A stretch of DNA of 63,442 nucleotides, filler included, from Choristocarpus tenellus KU-1152 (lineage: Eukaryota; Protista; Phaeophyceae): NCBI GenBank assembly GCA_964200185.2. It is 3 parts of 3 records of this genome, joined end to end, with 100 filler letters (N's around TTAATTAATTAA, not from the genome) between each part and the next. Parts side by side here need not be neighbours in the genome. Positions count along the whole stretch, not along the records: positions 11,595 to 40,093 come from CAXNAD020000123.1; positions 40,194 to 63,442 come from CAXNAD020000258.1; 1 more part is not named here. One strand, written 5' to 3'. Both the position numbers and the translations under genes were made by a program. Position 1 is the first letter of the stretch. Every line of letters begins with the position of its first letter. Of this stretch, positions 37,101 through 48,400 are shown one piece after another. A model generated the notes under the pieces. The model was not told the origin of the DNA. It was given only the letters and a program-made list of their open reading frames with translations, and ran no database searches.

Positions 37101-40093
37101 CTGGTTTGCTTATCAGTCCCCACAGCATGAAGTGCAAAGGGTGCCGTAACTGATGCCTTGCTTATAGATGAAGGTATCATATCTTGTGCACTCCCTCCCC
37201 CCCCTGCCATTTCATTTCTTTCTGTTGATGGCCATCAAGATTACCTGCCTTGGTAGACTTATCTTACTTTTGTACTTACCCACTTGTTAATCTATCTTCC
37301 ATTGTCTTAGGCGCAAGGAAGAGGTGGAGGAGAAGAGGGCCATGGCGAAAAAGGCACGCATGGGATTCATGAAGATGCTGGCTCAGAACACTCAGATTGA
37401 TGGTCGTTCTAGGTGGGATGACGCTGAGCGGTCTCTGAGGGATGACCCCCGCTTCAAGGCAGTGCCTGATTCAATTGACAGGGAGGACTTGTTCAATGAG
37501 TTTGTGGATGCCTTGACCAAGAAAGAAAAGGTGACTCAAGACTCCGTTCTTTAGTTAGCCTGTTAGAGTCATGAGTACACGATTTTTGTTGGGCGGAGAG
37601 TGATTTTGATTGGCTCAAGCTATCAATAGTGCAGAGATAACCAGGACTGGTGTATATTATATTTGTGTGTAGAGTAGTAGAAGTAGTAGTTGAGAGGCGA
37701 GGTGAATATCCTGGCAAGGGAGGGTGAAATGAAGAGGCTTCCCTCTGTCTCCGTGGGTGACTTTTGTATATCTTTGTCTTGACAACTCTGCCATATTACA
37801 TGTATGTTGTAGGTGGTGCGATGAACTTTATCCTCTTGTGCCTTGAGGCTCTCTTGTTGAGTTGGTCGTTTTGTTGCAGTCCGCTCAGTATTTGTCACTA
37901 TCTTTTGATTATTTCTCAGGAGGATCGCCGAGCAGCTCAGAAGCAGGCGAGTGACTCTTTCCGGGACTTTTTGGCGGAGGAGTATCTGGCCATGGGCATC
38001 ACCTTTCGTACACAGTGGCGGGATGCAAGGGATGCAGTGGAGAGGAAGGCCCCAACAGACACAGACATCTTGGAAGAGAGTGACAAGCGAAGGATTTTGC
38101 AGGACCTTGTACACAAGCTCATCAAGGTGACTGAGATGATAAGGCAGAGGAAGAGGACCCAAAAGAAACACTTGTGATGTGCTTTTGAAGGAGGGGAGTT
38201 GAGGGATGCTGTATGGCTTGTTGATCGTTCTGTGGTGTTGGGATTTGAATAGAGTTTTGTGATAAACGTGTCCTTTATGTTGAGTTGGTGTGTACTTTTT
38301 TTCTTCTATGTCTGGATCTGGGAGTCGTGCAGGAATTGTTTACAAAGAAGGTTCCTTGTGGAGAATATGTGTATGTCCTGCATGTGTCCACGTGAGCATG
38401 TGGCAGAACCTTGAGCTTGTGTCTTGAATCACCATCGCGTTGGTTTGATTGGTGACAACTCCTTAGGAAGAGGACGAGCGCAAGGCGAGGGAGCGGGAGG
38501 AACGTAGGCGCCAGGATCGTCTTCGCCGTGAGGACTTTCGTGAGTTCCTTAAGGGTATGGTGGAAGAGAATGCAATCACAGCTGATACAACTTGGAAGGA
38601 CCTGAAGCGATCCATTGAGGATGAAGAGGCGTACAAGGCCATGGAGAATCAGCAAGGAGGGGCCCGCGATGTGTTTGACGAGATTGTATCTGACCTGCGC
38701 CGGCAGGTTAGTGTGAAGAGTGTCGGGGGCGGGAGGTGGTGGTGGACTATTATTTGTAAATTTTTTGTGCAAGTCTTTCTGTGCGTATTAGTGACTGTAG
38801 TGTTGGGAATATTTGGATTGGTTATTTTGGTAGGCGCAATGTATGCTGTTAAAGTGTCCTTGCTATGCCTTGCTTGAGAGGTGCTCCTATTGTAATTTGG
38901 TGCTTTGGAAGTTGTTATTTTGTGACTGAAAATATTTTTGTTTAATACTCTGTGTAACTGAATGCATGTCTTCTTTGGTGACACTGTTTTGAAGAGCCCT
39001 TCTAATGGGGGCAATTGTTGCTGGATTATGAGGTTGATGCTCTATTGTTGAATTTTTTTGTTTTTATCAACAATTCGGACTGTAGATTTGTTCTCATTTT
39101 CAATTTGAAAGTCTACGTTGAATAAGAAAGTCAAGGGTTATTGGTTGTATTCTGAGTGCTGTTCAATGACTGCCCTCTATGCTTGTATTGGCTGCTTGAT
39201 ATTGGAAAGTATTGACAGTTTTGTCTCTCTGGAGAAAACACTCTTGTTTAAACTGTTTTCAAGAATTTGAGTGCACATTAATCGACCATATTTTGTCAGA
39301 AACTATTGAGTTTTCCCCTTGAAAGCACCTAAGTCTTGAGAGCAATATTTCCTCTAGATATGATATCTACGTGTTGCAGTGTTATGGACCTGTGCTCAAA
39401 TCAAGCTGGGTTTTGTAGGAACATAATTGGTTGTCCAGGGAAACAGAACCAATACTAGAGGAGTTATCTGGACTTCACTCCCCCCGATACTGTCTTCCTT
39501 GCCGGGGCTAGTGCCCTAAAAGTTCTGAGTTTGACTTTTGAGAGGATAGGATTGTGCTTCTAGATCCATAGAGGATGAGGGTAGATTGAGCAATGTGAAA
39601 CCGAACCGGTTGAAGTTGAGTCTAAATCATGCATGTCTATCTATTGTTGATGCCTGTTGCTTTCCCAATCCCACCTCCCATCCAGTTCCGTGATGACAAG
39701 CGATGTGTAGAGGACATGATGATAGCTGCCAACTGTACAGTGTTGCCAGACACTGAGAGGGCTGAGTTTGAGTCTGTGCTGCTGGCTTACGAGGACTGCC
39801 AATTTTCTGGTGAAGATGATAAGGGTGACGGAAAGACGGGAGATGGTATGGATGAAAATGGGGGTAAAGGGATCGCCAAGGAAGAGCATGAAGGAGAAGG
39901 GTCCAATGGCACAAAATATGAGGGTAGAGGCAGGGATGGCAAGGCCAGGTCCTCAGATAGAGACCGTGGGAGGAGTAGGAGCCGTAGCAGGGGTAAGAGG
40001 AGTCGGAGCCGGAGTCGGAGCCGGGGGGGGGGGGGGCGGGGGGGGGGGGGCAGGGACAAGAAAGAAAAGGAGGCAATACCCCCAAAGCGGGCG
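34158..40093 (+). CDS. PRP40: Pre-mRNA processing factor PRP40 (WW + FF domains, RS-like tail); 3' end runs into the assembly gap
   Basis: Exons 34158-36119, 36724-36821, 37311-37530, 37920-38126, 38467-38706, 39686-40093(gap). WW1 GWSEHRAPDGRPYFYNSQTRVSTYDRP, WW2 KWKSYDGPGGRKYYSDGKSSLWEKP. FF repeats (AFTDMLKE..VTSTTKWPE; GFMKMLAQ..IDGRSRW..DDPRF..REDLFNEFV). RSRSRSR tail. Confidence 0.9.
34434..34742 (+). repeat. Coding tandem repeats in PRP40: 15-bp NQGPP x10 (+1 NQGLP), then 21-bp N(Q/H)GQGPP x6 plus a partial unit
   Basis: AACCA(A/G)GG(C/T)CCACC(C/T/G) units followed by AACCAGGG(C/T)CAAGGCCCACC(C/T) units. Confidence 0.95.
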
Positions 40094-40192
40094 NNNNNNN
40101 NNNNNNNNNNNNNNNNNNNNNNNNNNNNNNNNNNNNNTTAATTAATTAANNNNNNNNNNNNNNNNNNNNNNNNNNNNNNNNNNNNNNNNNNN
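40094..40192. other. Assembly gap (N-run with TTAATTAATTAA spacer)
   Basis: N padding; the sequences on either side need not be contiguous. Confidence 0.97.
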
Positions 40193-40480
40193 NGGGGGGA
40201 GGTGGATCATTTTTTGTTGTTATCTGTTTCGTCTTTTTTTTTGGGATTGTAAGGTACCAAAGAAGACCTCTTGAGGTAGTCTTGTAAACTTGTGTAGTGT
40301 GAAATTGTGGGAGAGGGAAGTGCAGATGTTTGAAAGGTAGACAGTTTTTGTTAGCGTGTTTTTCACTGTTACTCTATGTAGTGTGGATGGAATGCTTACT
40401 CGGGTATTCACTAGGAGTTCTTCCTCTCTTTGCTGTTTCTTTGACCCCTGCACCTCCTTTCGTTCTCCCCCAGTCCCCAG

Positions 40481-42375
40481 GTGCCGCTAATTACATGCCC
40501 AACAAGTTCACCAAGGCATACGAAGTTCTTATTGACCCAAAGGTGTATTGCCAGGGTATGGGTGGAAGAGAGAAGGCTCGTTGGGTATGGGGGGTATGGA
40601 AGTGGGTTAGTATAGGACGGGGTGCAGTGATACGGTTGTACTTCTCCTATGTTGTTCTTGGCATATGGTACTTGTGTGGTAGCTGGTTACGCATGGTTAT
40701 ATTCAATCATGCTGTAGTTTGGACTCTCTTTTTGGAGGAGCTTGAAAAACTTGCCCATGCAATATTTTTGGGAGTTTTTTTTTTACATAGATAACAATGT
40801 ATACCTGTTGTTGACCAAGCAAAAAACCTGAGAAGGGCAAGTTGGTTTGCGTGTCGGTTGCGCAGTGGTCCTCGACATGTTTAGCTTGTCTCCTTTGAAT
40901 ATTTGCAGTTGTTGCTGGCTCTTGAACACATTTCAAAACCTTCGCTGTGTGATCTTTGAGTGATGTTAAATATCTAGTGCAATATTGTAGCTCCATCTAA
41001 GGTAAACAGTTTTTTGTGGGGCCCTCCTCATACCCTCACTGTGCAGATAATTCTTGTATTCTTGCTTCTGCCTCAGGCGCTCAAGAACTGGGAATTGTAT
41101 GGGAATCCTGATGGTAAACAGCCCCTCCAGGTGTCTGTAGGGCTACCAACTTTCCTCCTTGACAACCATAGGAGAATTCTTGTCATGTACCTCATTGCCA
41201 TGGTCATTGTCATCCCTGGTGAGTGTTATCTCTTGGCTGGACCCTACAGGATTCTTACTTCCCCCCCTCTTTTCCTGCCCAATCCTCTTATCTAGTTTGC
41301 CACTTAATGTCCTGTTGTTATTGAAACTTCTAAACTACCTAACTTACTGTGGTCGCCAAAGTCGTACGACTGTTTCTTTTCATGTATCCACTTCCTGTGA
41401 TCACCCTCACAGCCACTGCCACCATTTGCTTGAATATCTGCTGCAATGAGTGTACAACAGTAGGATCTCTTCTTTTTCTTCATTTGATTTGTTCATTGAA
41501 GTTTTGTAAGTACTGACCCCCTGGAGATGACTTTGTTTTCTCAATCTTGCAAGCTTGGAGTGTGTTCGCGTCCCTTTGTTTGTATTCCTTTGAGAACCAA
41601 TCATAACGTGTCTCCTTCAATCCTGAGAGAATGTTGCTCACAATACTGCCTTTAGAATAATCCACAATTCCTTTTCCCAAATCAAAGTTTGAGAGACTTC
41701 TTCATTCTAAGTGTTGTCACTCCTATTAATAGGAACTCGCTTACCCTCAGCCTCCTTTCAATGCTTCAAATGCCTCCGCCTGTCAGAGTGCACAATATTT
41801 AATTTCCGGTAGCAGTAGAGATAAAAGAAAGTAAACAGTGCCTTGTTCTGAACAAATAACCCATCCATCTGCTGTCTTGAGAGAGGCCTGACAGGCCTTG
41901 CCCTTTGAGCCGATGCACTCTCTGACGCTGGCTCCTTCCCCTCCCACCTCCCCTCTTCTGTACCCCAGCTATGGTCACGGTATGGTATTCACGATCTAAG
42001 CAGGGTAAGGATGAAACCACCATGGTCAAAATAGTCTCTGAGCCTGATAGTGGCACTGCATACAGCCGTAATCTTGGTGATAATCTCGGTGATAGTCTCG
42101 GTGATAATCTTTGTGTTAATCTCGGTGATAATCTTAGTGATAATCTTGGTGATAATCTCGGTGATAGTCTTGGTGATAATCTTGGTGATAATCTTGGTGA
42201 TAACCTCGGCGATAATCCCGGTGATAATCCCGGTGATAATCTTGGTGATTGTGCCGCCGTGAAGAATGCTCCTGAGTCTGAGATCGCACAGGAAGTGGAG
42301 ATAGAAGGGGAAGATCTTGGTGGAGAGGGTTGGTATGAGATAAATGCCCCGACAGAAGACCTTCGTACAGAGTAG
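40481..42375 (+). CDS. SEC63: SEC63-like fragment (end of J-domain + TM3), truncated and ending in an (NLGD)n repeat; possible pseudogene or chimeric paralog
   Basis: Exons 40481-40542, 41077-41218, 41969-42375: KAYEVLIDPK|ALKNWELYGNPDGKQPLQVSVGLPTFLL...LVMYLIAMVIVIP|AMVTVWYSRSKQ is typical SEC63. No Sec63/Brl domain follows. 5' exons not seen (gap). Confidence 0.7.
42070..42249 (+). repeat. 12-bp tandem repeat x15 (consensus AATCT(T/C)GGTGAT, encoding NLGD)
   Basis: Directly visible; in frame within the SEC63-like last exon. Confidence 0.95.
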
Positions 42376-43199
42376 AGGCTGGCGGCAGGTGCTGTTCATT
42401 GTCATGTGGGGGGTGGGTATGGCATGAATCAATTGTTGTGTGGTGGTGGTGATGGTGGTGGTGGTGAATGTGCAGAATGAGGACTGTTAAGCTGATTCAC
42501 GAGATGTGTTCCATAGGCAGGATGCGTGCTGTCATGAGATGTAGGGCTCAACCCTGGGGATATGCAGTAGATATGTCAGAGTATAGGGGGTCCAAAAAGG
42601 TACTAATCACCATTGCAAGACACTACTGTGGGAGGTTGTGGTGATTTGATTAGTGGACGGGTGGTGTGTGGTCAGGTTGGCAGCTATGGTGATCATCTGT
42701 GGAAAAGGACTGTGGGATGCTGTGTAAATATTAATGTGCAGGAAGGTGAAGGGGTTCCTGTATGTGGCTGATAAGGAGGCGATGTGGAGGTGACAGGTTA
42801 CTCAATTAAATTTGAGCGAATGGATGTGATAAGAGTGTTCGCACAGGTGTGGAAGTGTGGTGGAGGGGATTTGGCTGTTATAGATTTATATTTCAAGTCC
42901 GGACAACACCTCACAGGTGCATTTACTCTACAGTGTATGGAGTGTATAGGGTTGGGGTCATAAGATACCATAGGGTATTTCCAAGTGCTACATAGTGCCT
43001 TCTTATGTGAAGTTATTTACCGTATGTTGTTGCAGTGTAAGGTTTAAGGACTGGTTGGTGTACATACCTTTGTAATTGATGTGTTTGTATATTTGTGTGT
43101 GTGGCTCAGGCCTCAAGATGTTAAATTTGTATATACAGTATATATGACATACGAAAGGCGGTGTATGTATGACGAAACCTCATGTACCTTTAGTTCCAA

Positions 43200-43700
43200 T
43201 GCCTCCTAAGGCATTGGAAAGCCACCCGTGATGAGGTTGTGTCCTTGCACACCTGATAGTGTGTCCAGAGTTGAAGCTTGCTTGTCAAAAGCATTTTGGT
43301 GTGTGCAGGCAGGCATACGATTGAGGAAAGCCCGTTTTGACCCATACACATGTATGTAGAAGGGACAGCCTCACAATTTTAACATCTTGGGTCAGGATTT
43401 TCGATTGTCAATAATTTTATGGTGCCTCTTGACTGTGTGGGACAAGGTCCCATGTATTTTTGTATCTATGTGAGTGTAGTTGTGGGGAATGTGGCATGTT
43501 GCATGGTTATACAACCGCTGCTGTGACGCTTTGTGAGGAGGACAGCAAGCATGGAGGAGCTTGTACAGGCATGCACTCCTTTGCATTGCATCCATTTGGT
43601 GGTATGAAGGAGAGTGTTCTGATACCTTTGCCAAGAAGCACAGGCCAAACACGGATTTTTTCCCAGCATTGTAAGAGTAGTGGTAACGGTATTCAGAATA
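43200..43700 (-). mobile_element. Very decayed RLE-type retroelement-like relic
   Basis: Weak pattern MD...HKA...G.LSHTVKR..K ... DPR..KL..PF...YG...AFLNR read across frames. Confidence 0.3.
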
Positions 43701-45441
43701 CTTTCGTGTATGTGTTGTGTTGCTGAGTCAAGTTTGGCAATTTTTAGGTATTGTATCAATCTACTCATTCAACTTTTTGTGTGATCACGATACTTTTATG
43801 GCACAGGGACCTCTCTCTCTTCAGTGTAATTTTGCCATTCGTTTCCCAATCTTCTCACTTGTCGTTTTGATGACCTGGCCAAATTACATTCTCTGTCTTG
43901 ATTATTCAGAGGTTTATATGCTTGCTTGTTTCGCAATGGTTCAGTGCATGGGATCCTGAGTCAAACTGCCCTAACCCTTGTTGGAATTTGTACACCATAT
44001 TTCCCTGATAGGTATCATTTACCTTTCACACTTGTAGTTTTACTTCTACATCCACGCAGCTGTCCACAATGCTTTTAGAAGTAGTTGAATATGTATAGTT
44101 CCTGTGTATGGAGTACACAGATTTGAATGCCATTCTCTATAGTAGTCCAAGAGTCTATGCACCGATACGTATGTGTATCAAAGCACCCAATTTATAGAAA
44201 TGAACACGACTCTAATTTCATTCTCAGTACGTAGGAGTATTTCGAAAGTGATAAAAAAAAGTGTTCTGCCCTGCAAAAAATGTCGACCAGCCTAATTTGG
44301 GACACACTCCAACCATTAGTGTGGAGGGAATTCAATTGTGCGTCCTATACCTCATGTTTCCTGTACAATGAGATAGGTGGTATAACTTGCCCTTCTATGC
44401 AGTATAGCCTGTGTTATCATCTTCTTTGGTTTGTTACAAAGGGGATAAACTCTCCCTCACAAAAACAGTTCCCAGAAAAGAACAATTTCTGTTCACTTCT
44501 TTGGTACTGTTCACAGGCTAAACTAATGGTTCACTACCTGGGGGGAGATCTTATTCCCAAACGCGAAGGGACACACGCTTCATGGCCTTTACGTCCCTTC
44601 CTTGTCTGGAGCTGTGTAAGGGTTGCACTGATCTATGCAATTTTCTAAGTTAAATAACCACCCCAAGAGTACCTTTGAGGTCAGACGCATTCCTTTTGTC
44701 TACCCCTGCCTCACCCACATTTTTCATGGCTGCATAACCTAAGATCTGTCATTTAGGTGACTCAAGCTTGGTCAAGGTATGGCCAAGACTCTGCCGCAAC
44801 AGCTGCCAAGATTCTCCTTGCCATGTGTGACATTGAACCTATCCAAATACCTCCACTCCGCCAGATTGTACCTCATAGAGATGACTTGCTACCACAGGAC
44901 TCAAATATGACTTGTTTAGCATGTAGTCTACCGAGCAAGAGCACTCATCAGCATGAAAAATGCCCCCTTACCCCTCCCTTCACCACCCTGTAATGTCCAG
45001 CCTCAAGAACAAGTAACCGAGGCGTGGTGCTTCGATTCTCCAGAGTATTTCATGATGTAACGTGGTAAATCTCATCACTTGTCATCAACAAGCATTATCA
45101 CAAAACAGGGCAGCCACAGCCTCAGCAACAATTTTTTTTTTTTTCTATTGAAAGTTCACAAGTGAGATCCCCTGAACATTTCCAGCTACTACAACTCAAG
45201 GAAAAAAATGCTTTTGACTGGTGCAATGATGAACATCTTCGGAAGCACTAACACTGTCTACCTTTGTGTGTTTTATCTCCAAGAAAACATATTTCCAAAA
45301 AGCAATCGCTCTAGGAGCATTACAAATAGTTGCTTTGTACTGACTACCAAATACTCGGTCGGGTCACCTCAAAGGAAGGAATCAAGAAATGCCTTCCAAT
45401 AATTACATGATGACACCCTTTACGCACACTCAACCATGTGA

Positions 45442-48400
45442 TCATTTACGCTTCTTTTCCCCCCTGTGTGCAACATCTGATGGCACCTCCCCAAGACTGT
45501 AGACAAGACCAGTAAGGACTATTGCCCCGATCGCCAAGGCCATCCAGGGACCATAGAGACCCAGCCCCACAGGTATGTTGCCCAGGATGATTGAGAGAGT
45601 CCCCACAATGAATGTGTAGGGGGATATTGTCCTGATGTGGTCTGTGAGGCTACACCCTGTAGAACAAAAAAGGTAAAAACCAACACCGACAGGGTATACA
45701 GTTTGGTGGAATGGACATAAACAAGGAGTGTCATTCAGGCTTGAGACAAGTTTCAAAAATTGTGATGAAACAGTCGTTAATCCATGGGTCAAACAACCTT
45801 AAACCATACTAAACACTGGGAGCTCCATACATGCAAGTGCTCACAGGGTGTCCTGGAGTCTAACTACCATTGAGGGAATAGGAGTGCTAAATTCTTTCAC
45901 CTGTGGCCAGTGAGGTGAGGATAGTAGTGTCAGAAATGGGCGAACACACATTGCCAAATATTGCACTGCCCAGGATGCAGGCAAAGCAATGGTTTAGGAA
46001 CTCCACATCACCTCCTCCTAGCCGCCATGCCAGCGGGCCAACCAGAGGGAATACAATCCCCATGGTTCCAAAAGTGCTCCCGCATGCATATGATATCACA
46101 TAGCAAAGGACCTTGTGTGCACCAGCAAAGGGTATACAGGAGATGGCAGGGCGCAACTGAATGGATGAGTGTGGGAGGATACAAATTTGTGAAGGGTGTG
46201 CAGGAGTTTTATTTGAAGCGGTCTGTAATTGATGTCACCTTCATCAAATAGAGTGTTCGATGGTGTTGATGTGTGTGTATTTATTGTTTTGTACACTGGG
46301 GTGATTCTAGCATTGAAATACATCGATGAACAGGGTGTTTCATTTTGGTAAGCAAGGTCATTGGCAACACAAGCGCAACAGCCATACAGATAAGGTTAGG
46401 TGCCTTCAACCAAGATGTACTGCGCACTTGTCTTGATTTGTATCAATCAACATGTTGATGATCTTGATCTGTCTGCATCAGACTCCCGCACATTCCTAGC
46501 TACTTTGCATACTTCGACACGAAAAACACAGTCCCCCAAAAGACCCCAGACTTGAAACCCAGAAGAGGAGACTCCCCTCTCAATCTGCTCTACTGTGGCA
46601 TCACCACCAAGAGGAGAATCTATCCCAGACTTTATACCCTGTTTCTTCAGGCTTGGCAAAAACCCACCGAAATGAGGGCCGGCAACAATGCAGGATGAAT
46701 TCCAGACTCAAGAGCACCAGCTAGGTACTCGGCTGTCTGAACCTCCTTCACCACCCGTCCCAACGCCCATGCTAGCACAAGCACAAATTGTGGCTCAAGA
46801 ACTTCCTGCAGGGTGTCAGGAGGTTGGAGGTGTGAGACTAGTGTTCGTGTTACATTACCTGCACATTGAATTGATGTGGTTGAACATGGGTGTGTTATGT
46901 CCTAGCATTTGGATAGTGGAGGAAGGTTGGTCTAGACAAGGGGCAAGGAAGGGTGTTAACAGTCTCATATGGCACCTTGACATCTTGTCTTGTCACATAC
47001 TTTTTTCCATCATCAAGTGATGTGTGCATATATATATATATATGTAGAGGACTAACATGGTTGTTGCAACTGGGCTATATCCAAATATGAGTTTCACACT
47101 ACGATAACAATATGTATATATACACATCCATTCAAGATCCCCATACAGTAAAACACTGACTTCGCTCCTACGAAAAAAAAGTCACGCCGATAAAATAAAT
47201 ATTCATGTCTTCTTGGAATCAAACGTTTTTCCACAAGTGTCAACCAATTTGAAGCAGATGTGTGAAGGTAGGCAGTACAGAGGCAAAGACAAGCACAGTC
47301 ACATCATTCTTCCCCAAACTCATGGACTGCCCTCATCACTCCAAAATATATAGAACAGCACAACCATCAGTCACACCACATTTCGAGATCGTGCCTTCAT
47401 GCCTTCCATCCAGGTCTCCATAGCCTCTGAGAGAGTCAGAATGCCTTGACCACACACCAGCACCAAGGATCCTATCCACCCTGCAGCACTGGCCCAGATA
47501 AGGACCGACACGCTGTCACAGCTGCTCAGGATATTGACCAGGGTCTTTGGAACCTGAGATTCGTGGGAAGGGTGGGGGTGTATGTTAGGCTAGGCTACAA
47601 GCATGATCTAGTTCCTGTGTATGTCTGCAGTTTGTGGACAAGAACCAACGTCTTACTTTTCACAGCAATCTTGTTAGATGCAATAACATGGATGGCTCAC
47701 TGCCTCTGGCATTGCCATTTACCATCTGTAACATGCCTCCCACAATTCAATCATATGCAAAGATCGAACAGTTTCAGGGTATATATCTAATTAAATCTTA
47801 GGCACCATTACAACATCTGCAAACTACTCAGCACATGCCTCTATTCACAGCAGAATATTTCATTGTAGCGGGAGCACCAATCTGGACCACTCCAGATCCT
47901 GAAGACATCACAAGTGAAGCAGCAGTCATCACTGCCTAGGTTACAGGGTCAAGAAGTGGTGTAAAATACCCTTGCTACGTCTAATAGCACCTGAACACCA
48001 ATTGAGTAGTACACAAGCATGACAAATGCAGGGTAGTATAATGTTACAAATGACTTCTCTACCAGCAACACACTGCAATTAGACTGCTACAACACAGTCA
48101 CCACCAACACCACATTCTCTGATCCTGTACACTCTTCCAACCTATGGTGGATGTATGCCCACCTGGTTTCCTCCAGCCTCAATCCTTTCAATCCCATCAA
48201 GTATCATGCCCACAAAGGTAACTCCAATCACCACAGAGAACGGAATGAATGCATTCCTTGAGCGCAACGGAGTTCCTGCCTTTGGTCCAATGCCCCCTCC
48301 TCCTTCAACTTCACTCCCATCCACAGCAATGGAACTCCCTGCACCCTTCAGATCTCCCCTAGCAGATGCATCTGCGACTGATGCAGCAGCTGCCCCTTCT

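Noticed and set aside
41989-42432. Antisense (ITKI)n and alternate (VIIL)n ORFs
   Set aside because: Other frames of the same 12-bp repeat; no independent support.
43194-43219. Hairpin TTCCAATGCCT-ccta-AGGCATTGGAA
   Set aside because: Isolated 11-bp stem in TE debris with no U-tract or other context.
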